IMG/VR virus record: IMGVR_UViG_3300030098_003463
Coordinates: 1 to 52,563 of that record
DNA: 52,563 nucleotides
Origin: a virus
Lineage: Duplodnaviria > Caudoviricetes
Direction: 5' to 3' (one strand)
Part shown: positions 19,996 to 27,905 of the stretch, piece by piece
How the letters are laid out: every line of letters begins with the position of its first letter
Position numbering within the stretch: position 1 is the stretch's first letter
Translations under genes and position numbers: made by a program
The notes under the pieces: generated by a model
The model's database searches: none
Seen by the model: only the letters and a program-made list of their open reading frames with translations
What the model was told of the DNA's origin: nothing

Positions 19996-20436
19996 TTAGC
20001 GTTGCGCGTATTTGCTTTTAGGCAACAATGTTTTAAGAGCCAACACCATTTCTTGTTGTCGCTCTGGACTAAAAAAAGAATCAGTGTCTTTTAGAAAAGA
20101 ATCAAACACTTCTAAAGCAACGTCAGCGCATGGTTGCATTAACACTATTGGAGTTGATTCTCCAACATACGATCCTAAAAAATTAACATCTACATATTCT
20201 TCTGCTTTCTCTTCGCTGCTTCCATTACATAACGACTTTGTAATTTCTACAAGCTTGCCGTAGTCATAGACAGCTACAGCTTTTGCACCGCACCGTTGCC
20301 CTACCCCTACTAAAGCCGCATCGTACGCTTCTGGCTCCCATACAACAGCTTCCGCATTATAATTGGAAACATAATCTCTTATTTTTTCAACATCGGAAGT
20401 AACAGGCTTTGGTTTAACGTCTTTAACCATTCCCAT
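19996..20436 (-). CDS. Conserved hypothetical phage protein
   Basis: 'YDAALVGV...AVYDY...AEEY..NFLGSYVGESTP' is a common phage family. Confidence 0.75.
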   Translation of the reverse strand: MGMVKDVKPKPVTSDVEKIRDYVSNYNAEAVVWEPEAYDAALVGVGQRCGAKAVAVYDYGKLVEITKSLCNGSSEEKAEEYVDVNFLGSYVGESTPIVLMQPCADVALEVFDSFLKDTDSFFSPERQQEMVLALKTLLPKSKYAQR

Positions 20437-20603
20437 TATTTAGACCTTTTGCGCTTCTTCTTTTTAGCTGTCTTAGCTGATTGTCTAAAAGCCTTGGCTG
20501 TTGGTGCGCCCTTAGTGCCGGGTTTTCTCATTTTTTCTCCTGAACCACCCTTAATCCTTTTACGCTTGGCGTGAATATTTGCATACAGTCCACGTTTAGC
20601 CAT
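20436..20603 (-). CDS. Small basic conserved phage protein (55 aa)
   Basis: MAKRGLYANIHAKRKRIK.GSGEKMRKPG.KGAPT..AF..SAKTAK; GGAGG RBS. Confidence 0.8.
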   Translation of the reverse strand: MAKRGLYANIHAKRKRIKGGSGEKMRKPGTKGAPTAKAFRQSAKTAKKKKRKRSK

Positions 20604-20617
20604 TGCTATTATGCCTC

Positions 20618-20878
20618 CTACAAAATGGTAGCTATAGTAGTGCCGTCTTCCAAAGTTTCGTATAAAACTCCAAATTCCTCGTCCAAATGATCTTTGACTT
20701 TTTGCCCCATCGGAAAAACGTCTTCTGCCTTGCGTGTTGCAACTACTTTAACTTGCGGATGTTCCTGATCTAAAAATTGTGCAATGCGGTTATTGCTTGG
20801 CAAAAAAGATTCGTCATCGCCCTTAAGCTGGCGCATCAGACGTTCGTGGTCGTCTAAATTCTGATTTGGATCGGACAT
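20618..20878 (-). CDS. Hypothetical protein, first gene of late operon
   Basis: 86 aa, AAAGGA RBS. Confidence 0.65.
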   Translation of the reverse strand: MSDPNQNLDDHERLMRQLKGDDESFLPSNNRIAQFLDQEHPQVKVVATRKAEDVFPMGQKVKDHLDEEFGVLYETLEDGTTIATIL

Positions 20879-20923
20879 TGCAATCCTTTCTTAGTAGGTG
20901 TCTGTCTATAGAATATACGTATA

Positions 20924-20939
20924 TGTTCCACGTGAAACA
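20924..20939. promoter_or_regulatory. parS: parS centromere site
   Basis: TGTTCCACGTGAAACA matches the canonical TGTTNCACGTGAAACA; dyad extends to 20921-20942. Confidence 0.85.
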
Positions 20940-21059
20940 TATAATTTTTTTTGTTAGGGGCAATAGTGGGGGAATTATGGTCTACAATGTGTAGGTGTAT
21001 TATATAATTTATTACATCACAGCGGGGGGACGACGATTCCACGGCGGCATAATGCAACG

Positions 21060-21870
21060 CAAGAATCGTCTGTCAAAAATCGGCCCAAAATCACTGTCAG
21101 CAAAGCTGTTTTGGGGTTTTGGGCCGATCAGAGGCTAAACAGTGCGCGTCATAACGTGTGCTGTTCTGTTCAAGATTCTTTGAACACGTCTGATGGATGG
21201 TATCCATTTGATTTGACACCGTAGACAGTAGATTGAACGTCGGACCCTGCTGTCCTACGGCTCTGTGTTTTGGGCCGATTCCAGCCAAGATCGGTCCCGT
21301 AGGCTCTCTGTTGGCTCTCTGTCGTGGCTTGTTGGCTGTCTCCCTGAATACCATTCAGTATGTGTGATAGATGGTATCTATGGCCTTGAGGATTGATCTG
21401 AGGTCGATGGATACCATCCATTACGCCTATATGTGCCAAATGGTATTTGGAGACTTGAGGTTTGGTCTTAGGGAATAACCTCTGGTTATTAACGCGCACA
21501 AAGCAGAGCTTCATGTGTGTGGTTGTCGATTGTCGATGATTCTGGCAGTGCAAAATTTGCAGCATTTTTTCCTATGGAAAGATTGGCCTAACGTATACGC
21601 AACAACGTCGCGCTCGCGTAGGATGCACTTTTTGCAGGTCGATTTCGGTGATTTGTGGTGTTTTGCTGCAAAATTTGCACTTTTGGGGTGGCCTTGCGCG
21701 GAAGCAAAGCTTCTTATGCGCGTAATCGTAGGCCTGTGGGACGCACGTGGCTCTTTGAGCCTATTCGCGCGTTGGAGCTTTGGCTAATGCGTAGGCGCGA
21801 AACATATAGTCCGTATGCGTCGTTGGGCTAAAAATTCGGCCAAAAAATATTGTGCATTATGCGAGCGGGG
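21060..21870. repeat. Repeat-rich intergenic region at the strand switch (putative terminus/packaging/control region)
   Basis: TTTTGGGCCGAT x3, a 15-bp inverted repeat (21193/21407), TGCAAAATTTGCA x2. Confidence 0.55.
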
Positions 21871-21883
21871 ATTTTTGGAGATC

Positions 21884-22525
21884 GGGGTTGGCACGGCGAT
21901 TGCAACGGTAAAAACTGGCGGCGATCCAGCCCATCGGGTCGTTGTCATCCTCCCATAGCGAGGTGCAGGGTTGTGCATAGGCATCACGATTCGGGGCCGA
22001 CAGAGCCTCCATCGTGGAAAGCTTGCCCAATCCCAAGACATAGCCAGCCGAGCCGAAGCTAAAGACTTCAGAGCAGCCGCTCGTATGAAGCAAAGCTGGC
22101 GGGTCATCCAAGGGAATACATGATTGGATGACTGTGAATAGGACAGGCCACAGTAGGTCGAAGCAGTGACGATTGTGACCAAGGCACACCACCCCGTAGC
22201 AGTTCATTTAGACTGCCGTGATCGGTGGAGCAACAGACTCCAGTAGTTAGGATGAGGTAAACGCCATTTAGGATTTCTTGGTTAACAGTCACGAAAGCCC
22301 TGCTGTCCAAAAGTTCAACGGGCCTGACCCCTATCAAATATGCCCATAGCCGAGCGGATAACCGCTTGACAGCGCGATCAATCAAGCGTTATAACGCGCA
22401 ATTGATCAAGAGGCTGTGACAGTCCAATAGTGGCTGTCGGGTAAACCATCACCGATCTGTTAAAGCCTTGCAATTTACCATTAAGCAGATCACCTTTCAT
22501 ACACAGTGACTCATTAGAAGTCACG
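21884..22525 (+). ncRNA. Candidate large structured ncRNA (~640 nt)
   Basis: More than 12 nested/local helices, several needing G-U pairs on the + strand; no credible ORF. Confidence 0.7.
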
Positions 22526-22545
22526 CCACACCAAAGGAGCCTATC

Positions 22546-23166
22546 ATGGCTAAGTTCAGCGTTCCTCAGATCAACATCAATCGCTCTGTTGCCCCTAACA
22601 AAAGCATAAAGGGCAAAGTCAACCCGAACAACCCCATGACCAAGGGGCAGGCTCGCCTGCTCTACTTCGCGGTCAAAGAACTGACAGGAGCGCGATTGGA
22701 TCTGTTCAGCGTCAACACTCCTGCTCTGGTCCACAGCGACATCACTGAGTTGTGCGGTATCCTCAACAAAGACAGCGGCGCGACTCAGGACGAACAGCAA
22801 CTCGCCATCGAGATCTTAGTGTCGGATCTGAGGGTGCCAGTCTTAGAATCGACGCCGCGCCCTGTATCCTCTGCTGGCCGCGCCGCCGCCGCTAAAGCCG
22901 CAAGCACGGCGGCACCAGAGGCAGGTAAGGTCGGCATCGGCACAGCGACAGAGAAAACAGAGCCGAAACAGCGAAAGAAGATGACGCCAGCCGAATCACT
23001 GGCTAAAGCTCGCGCCGCTAAGAAAGCCAAAGCTGATGCGGCTAAGGCGGCTCCAGTGGCTCCTGTGGCTCCTGAGACTTCTCCTGCGCCGTCTGAAAAG
23101 ACTGCGGATGAGAAGCTGGAACTGCTGGTCAGTGGCCTGTCGGCTCTGATCAAGGCAGTGGCGTAG
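22546..23166 (+). CDS. Basic early protein with Ala/Lys/Pro-rich (histone-like) C-terminal half
   Basis: 206 aa, AAGGAG RBS; lies between the large RNA and the hammerhead. Confidence 0.8.
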   Translation: MAKFSVPQININRSVAPNKSIKGKVNPNNPMTKGQARLLYFAVKELTGARLDLFSVNTPALVHSDITELCGILNKDSGATQDEQQLAIEILVSDLRVPVLESTPRPVSSAGRAAAAKAASTAAPEAGKVGIGTATEKTEPKQRKKMTPAESLAKARAAKKAKADAAKAAPVAPVAPETSPAPSEKTADEKLELLVSGLSALIKAVA

Positions 23167-23175
23167 CACCAGTAC

Positions 23176-23212
23176 CTACCGTGTATGGTCTTATCAAGAC
23201 TATACATGGTAG
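23176..23212 (+). other. 17-bp RNA hairpin immediately 5' of the ribozyme
   Basis: CTACCGTGTATGGTCTT-atc-AAGACTATACATGGTAG with G-U pairs; no U-tract. Confidence 0.8.
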
Positions 23213-23267
23213 GGGGGTCGGGCAGATCAGCACTGTCCCTGACGAAGACCATATGGTCGAAACTCCC
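23213..23267 (+). ncRNA. Type III hammerhead ribozyme
   Basis: GUC site 23217-19; stem I GGGCAG/CUGUCC; core CUGACGA(A) 23239-46; stem II GACC-auau-GGUC; GAAA 23259-62; stem III GGGGGU/ACUCCC. Confidence 0.88.
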
Positions 23268-23273
23268 GTCAGC

Positions 23274-23410
23274 TTGCTCCATAACCATGCCGTATAGACC
23301 ACCAAATCTATTCTTGGGGAGCAATGAATACACCACTGGTTCAGCAGTCTGACAGAGTCCCTTAAGGGATCTACGGTTCTTGTCCCATCAGACTGCTTGA
23401 CCAGTATTCA
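23274..23410 (+). ncRNA. Structured RNA element downstream of the hammerhead
   Basis: TTGCTCC/GGAGCAA; ACTGGTTCAGCAGTCTGA/TCAGACTGCTTGACCAGT; inner TCCCTTAAGGGA. Confidence 0.6.
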
Positions 23411-23432
23411 CACCACAGAAGAGGTATCCTCT

Positions 23433-23621
23433 ATGTACTACGCAATGGTAGTGCGAATTAATGCCGCTTACAGAGGGCAGGTGTGGGTTTATGTAGACTT
23501 ACACACCCACCGAATCGCCTTACCCTATGTCTTTAAGACACGGGATAAGGCAGTTGACACAATGGGATCGCCTGTTGTGTCATATGACCCCGACAATTAC
23601 TCTCACAAACTATCTCAATAG
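23433..23621 (+). CDS. Hypothetical early protein
   Basis: ATG after GAGG RBS. Confidence 0.5.
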   Translation: MYYAMVVRINAAYRGQVWVYVDLHTHRIALPYVFKTRDKAVDTMGSPVVSYDPDNYSHKLSQ

Positions 23622-23636
23622 GAGGAAAGTGAAAAC

Positions 23637-23792
23637 ATGATACCAACAGATCCCAACTTTTGGGACTGTGAATGTGACTGCGATTACATTCATCCCAAGA
23701 GCGAGGATAGCTGTCCAAGGTGCGACAGTTATCGGGAAGAAATGCCCGATAGCAGAATCAGTGAACTCAAAGAACACAAACTCATTCAATAG
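23637..23792 (+). CDS. Small Cys-rich (Zn-binding) protein, 51 aa
   Basis: MIPTDPNFWDCECDCDYIHPKSEDSCPRC..., AGGAGG RBS; not in the ORF track. Confidence 0.7.
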   Translation: MIPTDPNFWDCECDCDYIHPKSEDSCPRCDSYREEMPDSRISELKEHKLIQ

Positions 23793-23803
23793 GAGACATA
23801 ACC

Positions 23804-24004
23804 ATGCCAAAACTCAGCCACAGCCAACAGATAGCAATGGCCGTCATCATCGGCCAATCCAGTACCTCTAACGCCAAGGCAATCGCCAAAGAGGTAATAG
23901 AGGAAGCAGAGATTGCAGAAAAGCACAGCTTGAACACAGGATGTGAAACTCGCCCAGTCAGAATGATACAGAAAGCTGACGGCACAGTCTCTTTCACATT
24001 CTAA
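23804..24004 (+). CDS. Hypothetical early protein
   Basis: AGGAG RBS, operonic. Confidence 0.65.
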   Translation: MPKLSHSQQIAMAVIIGQSSTSNAKAIAKEVIEEAEIAEKHSLNTGCETRPVRMIQKADGTVSFTF

Positions 24005-24186
24005 TGCAACCCTATATCAGAGGAAAAGTAAGTTCTGGTAAAAGAAGCATGTTGGCTTACAAAAAGTCAGACAGAAAATGGTTCGGAAGCCGTTTCAAAT
24101 TGCGGCCAGACAGATACAAAAACAAAAGGAGTCACAACACCACAGAAGAGTGGATACCCCGACAGCAAAACCTCTCAATCACTTAG
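24004..24186 (+). CDS. Small basic hypothetical protein
   Basis: TAATG coupling with the upstream gene. Confidence 0.55.
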   Translation: MQPYIRGKVSSGKRSMLAYKKSDRKWFGSRFKLRPDRYKNKRSHNTTEEWIPRQQNLSIT

Positions 24187-24198
24187 AAAGGACAAATT

Positions 24199-24405
24199 AT
24201 GTTTAAATCTTTGTTTCAGATAGATCTAGTACAGACTGCCGTCAGAGACAGCAAGGGACGGTTTACGGGTGAGTATAAGATGGACTTTGTTTTCTTGTTA
24301 ACAAGAAACTGGAACATCGCTCCTAACAACAGAGGATTGTTCAAAGCACAGCTTGTCTTGTGTCCTCTGATATTGTGGTTAACTTATTATCTCGCAGGAG
24401 GTTAG
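24199..24405 (+). CDS. Small protein with RDSKGRF motif and C-terminal hydrophobic segment
   Basis: AAAGGA RBS. Confidence 0.6.
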   Translation: MFKSLFQIDLVQTAVRDSKGRFTGEYKMDFVFLLTRNWNIAPNNRGLFKAQLVLCPLILWLTYYLAGG

Positions 24406-24408
24406 ACT

Positions 24409-24720
24409 ATGGGAAACTTAGTGCATCTCGCAGAGAAACTCTCCAAGCCGCAGATCAAATCGAAAGCAGTAATAAAAAAGAAAGAGGTAAAGCCAGTGCC
24501 AAGAAAAAATTTAGTTGCGTCTAAGCCTGCATCAAACGACAGGCCTGCCACCAAAAAGCAAAGAGGTTGGATTTATTATAACCTCAAACTCAGCACCTAT
24601 AAAGTGTCTATTAGCAGGGCAGACATGTCGGTGTTGATAGAGAGAAGTCAACGAAGCAACAGTGAGAAAGCCAAAGTCAAACACAGACTGCTCCAGATGG
24701 GAGCAAAGGAGACAACATGA
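24409..24720 (+). CDS. Basic hypothetical protein (PAT.KQ motif)
   Basis: GGAGG RBS. Confidence 0.7.
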   Translation: MGNLVHLAEKLSKPQIKSKAVIKKKEVKPVPRKNLVASKPASNDRPATKKQRGWIYYNLKLSTYKVSISRADMSVLIERSQRSNSEKAKVKHRLLQMGAKETT

Positions 24721-24932
24721 AGATTACGATTATCTTAGACGAAGATGATCTTCGCATTGCACGAAGTATCATATCCAATCAAACACACTTTGTCCTCAAC
24801 TCAGAGTGCCTTGAGGACGCAGTGATAACAGGAGTGTTCAAACAAATCTACGTTAACACCAACGTCTGGGACGCCGTGGAAAAACTTAACAGAAGGGAAG
24901 GATTCGATGCCAAAACAGAGCAACACAACTAA
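24717..24932 (+). CDS. Hypothetical protein
   Basis: AAGGAG RBS, ATGA overlap. Confidence 0.6.
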   Translation: MKITIILDEDDLRIARSIISNQTHFVLNSECLEDAVITGVFKQIYVNTNVWDAVEKLNRREGFDAKTEQHN

Positions 24933-25620
24933 GATCTGGCAAAAAGGCACAATCATGGCAACGCTGACGGGATTGATTCGCCCGTCAGCAAACAAAAAAA
25001 CAGGTCCGATGTTGCAGATAGCAACACTGGACACAAGGGACTCACCCACTCAGATCATAAAGAAGAAGCTCGATAGCAGTGTCTGTGGTGACTGCGCTCT
25101 TAAACGGACTGTCTGCTACGTCAATCCAATAAGCTTAAATGGTGTATGGAAATCAGCAGTTAACCAAGTAGTATCCAAATTGCCAGAAAAGCTTGGTGCT
25201 GTAAGGTTCGGCACGTATGGCAACCCAAGCAAACTGCCGCTTGCACTAATAAAAACAATAGCAAGCAAGGCAACATCATGGACAGGATATTGTCACGATT
25301 GGGAAACTGTCTCACCACAGTATGCCAAGTATTTTATGGCATCCATAGATGATCTCTCAGCTAAAAAGAAAGGAAGGTCAGCTATAGAAGACAAAGCTGT
25401 AGCAAATAAATTAGGCTACAGAACCTACAGAACCATCAGGTCAGTCAAAGAATTATTGCCTGACGAGATTCATTGCCCCCACGAAGAGAAAGGAGTGAAG
25501 TGCATAGACTGTAAGCTGTGCAGTGGGAACAATAGTAAGGCCAAGAACATTGCCATCACAATAGGTGGCCCATCAAACAAACAAGTTCATTACCACACCC
25601 ATTCAAAGGAGAACGGTTAA
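24907..25620 (+). CDS. Cys-rich putative Fe-S/metal-binding phage protein (Gp88-like)
   Basis: 'N.KTGPM.Q', 'SVCGDC...CYV', 'VRFGTYGNP', 'CP...CIDCKLC'. Confidence 0.6.
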   Translation: MPKQSNTTKIWQKGTIMATLTGLIRPSANKKTGPMLQIATLDTRDSPTQIIKKKLDSSVCGDCALKRTVCYVNPISLNGVWKSAVNQVVSKLPEKLGAVRFGTYGNPSKLPLALIKTIASKATSWTGYCHDWETVSPQYAKYFMASIDDLSAKKKGRSAIEDKAVANKLGYRTYRTIRSVKELLPDEIHCPHEEKGVKCIDCKLCSGNNSKAKNIAITIGGPSNKQVHYHTHSKENG

Positions 25621-26160
25621 ATGGCATACTTTGAGACAGCAATTCAAATAGATACTGAAGTGGATGTAGCCTTAGAAATATCAGTAATTGATAGCTATAC
25701 AGGGTCAACGCTTGACTGTGATGTTGATGGCGTAGGCCCAGACATAGAAGTATCCATCGACACCTCTGATCTGCGTGACGAGATCAAAGAAGAATTTAGA
25801 GAGACACTCAGAGAGGAGCTTGTGTTAGAAATCAAGGAGGAGATAATCGAATCTATAGCACATGATAGTAACCCCTTCGCTAAGTTGGCGGCATTCGTCA
25901 GCCTCATTGATAGTCCTCATAAGCGAAACGTAGATTCTCGCATCGACAACGCAACATTATCATTTGGCAAAACACAGGAGAAACAAACAAACATAGAAAT
26001 AGAGCAGTTGAAAGAACACATCAAGAAACTGGAGAAGAAAGGAGAAGAGAAAGAAGACGAGGAATTTGGAGAAATGTCGTTAGGCGAAAAAAAGATGACT
26101 GTTAGTTTACTCCCACCGCAACCCGCATTCCCTAACAAACCTAACACGGAGGAGAAGTAA
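25621..26160 (+). CDS. Acidic coiled-coil hypothetical protein
   Basis: AAGGAG RBS. Confidence 0.7.
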   Translation: MAYFETAIQIDTEVDVALEISVIDSYTGSTLDCDVDGVGPDIEVSIDTSDLRDEIKEEFRETLREELVLEIKEEIIESIAHDSNPFAKLAAFVSLIDSPHKRNVDSRIDNATLSFGKTQEKQTNIEIEQLKEHIKKLEKKGEEKEDEEFGEMSLGEKKMTVSLLPPQPAFPNKPNTEEK

Positions 26161-26161
26161 C

Positions 26162-27253
26162 ATGCGTAAAGGACTTGATGGAAGTCGTGGACCCGTAGTT
26201 GCATTAGCTGAGAAACTGGAGCAACAACGCAACAATATTGCAGACTACCGAGGCAACACCAAAGGTATGTCTGCTGTAGTAAACTACTCAGAAGATGGCA
26301 TCGACGGGATCGCACTGGCACTGGAAAACATCGGTGCCTTTCCCACCAACAAAATATGTGACTCGCAAATTGCTGCGCGTCTTAAGATTCCAAAGCTCTA
26401 TTGGGATCGTTGCCGTGACAACTCGCCAGAGTTGCTGACCACAAACGTCAACCACTGGCTACGCAACGAGCCAGAGGACAGATTGGTTCGCACCTTGTCT
26501 GGAACAGGCCGAGCCTTCCTGTCTAACCGCTATCGTAGCTTAGACAACTACGACTTAGCAGAAGCTGTGTTGCCGCCCATGATCGAAGCAGGATGCGAAG
26601 TCAAGTCTTGTGAGATCACGGATAGCCGCATGTATATCAAGGCTATTACCTATGAACGCCAAGCTGAGATCAAAGAAGGAGATACAGTAGCCGCAGGCAT
26701 CATGGTCAGCAACTCAGAGGTAGGACAAGGTGCTTTGTTTGCAGGAGCCTTCACAGAGCGTCTGATCTGCACTAACGGCATGGTCCACAATGATTGGGGC
26801 CAACGCAAGTATCATGTCGGTGCCAAGCAGACCTCTGGCAACACGGACCTCAACAGTGCTTGGGAGTTGTTCAGCGACAACACCAAAAGCCTGTCAGACC
26901 GTGCTTTCTGGGCGCAAGTATCTGATACGGTGCGTGGTGTGCTATCACAGGACGGCTTTGATCGCATCGTTGAGGACATGAGAGGTGCCGCAGGCGAATC
27001 TATCGACAGTGATCCTATCAAAGTTGTCGAGCGAACGCAGAAAAAGTATAAGCTTAACGACACAGAGAAAGGAGGTATACTACAGCACCTGTTACAAGGT
27101 GGAGAGATGTCGAAGTGGGGTCTGGCAAATGCTGTTACTCGCACAGCAGAAGACGCCAGTGAGTATGACCGCGCTACTGAGATGGAAGCTCTGGGCTGGA
27201 ACATCGTTAAGATGCCAGAACGCGAGTGGTCTTCTCTTATCGCCAAATCGTAA
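26162..27253 (+). CDS. DUF932-like phage protein
   Basis: 'RAFLSNRYR.LDN', 'SNSEVG.G', 'RLICTNGM', 'WGLANAVT..A'. Confidence 0.8.
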   Translation: MRKGLDGSRGPVVALAEKLEQQRNNIADYRGNTKGMSAVVNYSEDGIDGIALALENIGAFPTNKICDSQIAARLKIPKLYWDRCRDNSPELLTTNVNHWLRNEPEDRLVRTLSGTGRAFLSNRYRSLDNYDLAEAVLPPMIEAGCEVKSCEITDSRMYIKAITYERQAEIKEGDTVAAGIMVSNSEVGQGALFAGAFTERLICTNGMVHNDWGQRKYHVGAKQTSGNTDLNSAWELFSDNTKSLSDRAFWAQVSDTVRGVLSQDGFDRIVEDMRGAAGESIDSDPIKVVERTQKKYKLNDTEKGGILQHLLQGGEMSKWGLANAVTRTAEDASEYDRATEMEALGWNIVKMPEREWSSLIAKS

Positions 27254-27260
27254 TCACCAT

Positions 27261-27296
27261 AGAGGGGCAGGGTCGAGTGGCTCTGCCCCTCTTTAT
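27261..27296 (+). terminator. Intrinsic terminator-like hairpin
   Basis: AGAGGGGCAGGGTC-gagt-GGCTCTGCCCCTCT followed by TTA. Confidence 0.7.
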
Positions 27297-27310
27297 TATA
27301 GGAGATATCT

Positions 27311-27562
27311 ATGGCACAAACACCTGAAGATTTACTGGACAAATTCATAGAAGCTACAGCACAGGCACTCATCATTCATTGCCAAGAACAAGGTTGTAGC
27401 CTTGAGCTTGGCATAAAAGATTGGCAGGATGAGATGCCAGAGATACAAGAAAAGTTAACGGAAAGAGTATTAGACCAAGCTAAGTTTTTTATAGACTGCT
27501 ATCTACTTGACTTTCAAAGTAGATTCTCGCATCGACTATGGAGCAAACGCGATGACCATTAA
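27311..27562 (+). CDS. Hypothetical protein
   Basis: AGGAGA RBS. Confidence 0.7.
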   Translation: MAQTPEDLLDKFIEATAQALIIHCQEQGCSLELGIKDWQDEMPEIQEKLTERVLDQAKFFIDCYLLDFQSRFSHRLWSKRDDH

Positions 27563-27905
27563 TGCAAATCAAAAGTTGTTTAGCCTTACTCAACTCTTAC
27601 ACACAATGAAACAAGACGATCCAGAGCAAGCAAGATACAGAAAGGACACACTAATAGAAGGACTTAAGAAAAGAAAAAGGACCGCTGTTAAAATTGCTAC
27701 GGCAATTCACGGTGCTACTACTGCACACCATCTAATGGAAGAAGGCAAAGACGATCCAAGTCTCAGCGAATTACATGCAGTTCAAGAAGGTATCAATCGG
27801 TCTTCTCAACTGTATCACACCTTCGAAAAGGTATGGAGAAACTATTGTGCAAAGTATTGGTCAGAGCAAATCTATGACAAAGATTATCTTTATGATTACT
27901 GTTAA
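27552..27905 (+). CDS. Hypothetical protein
   Basis: ATG at 27552 after GGAG. Confidence 0.6.
   Translation: MTINANQKLFSLTQLLHTMKQDDPEQARYRKDTLIEGLKKRKRTAVKIATAIHGATTAHHLMEEGKDDPSLSELHAVQEGINRSSQLYHTFEKVWRNYCAKYWSEQIYDKDYLYDYC

Noticed and set aside
21800-21812. Group I intron S-like element (AACATATAGTCC)
   Set aside because: No matching R/P7 partner and no interrupted gene identified.
22150-22306. Second hammerhead (GUC ... GAUGA ... CGAAA)
   Set aside because: It lacks the CUGAnGA core and stem III does not pair.
21097-22385. Short ORF-track ORFs in the intergenic/RNA region
   Set aside because: No RBS, atypical composition, mutually overlapping; non-coding structure explains the region better.
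21993-22530. tmRNA (GGGGCCGA 5'-like start)
   Set aside because: No GAUUCGA D-loop-like motif and no T-arm/acceptor CCA 3' end found.
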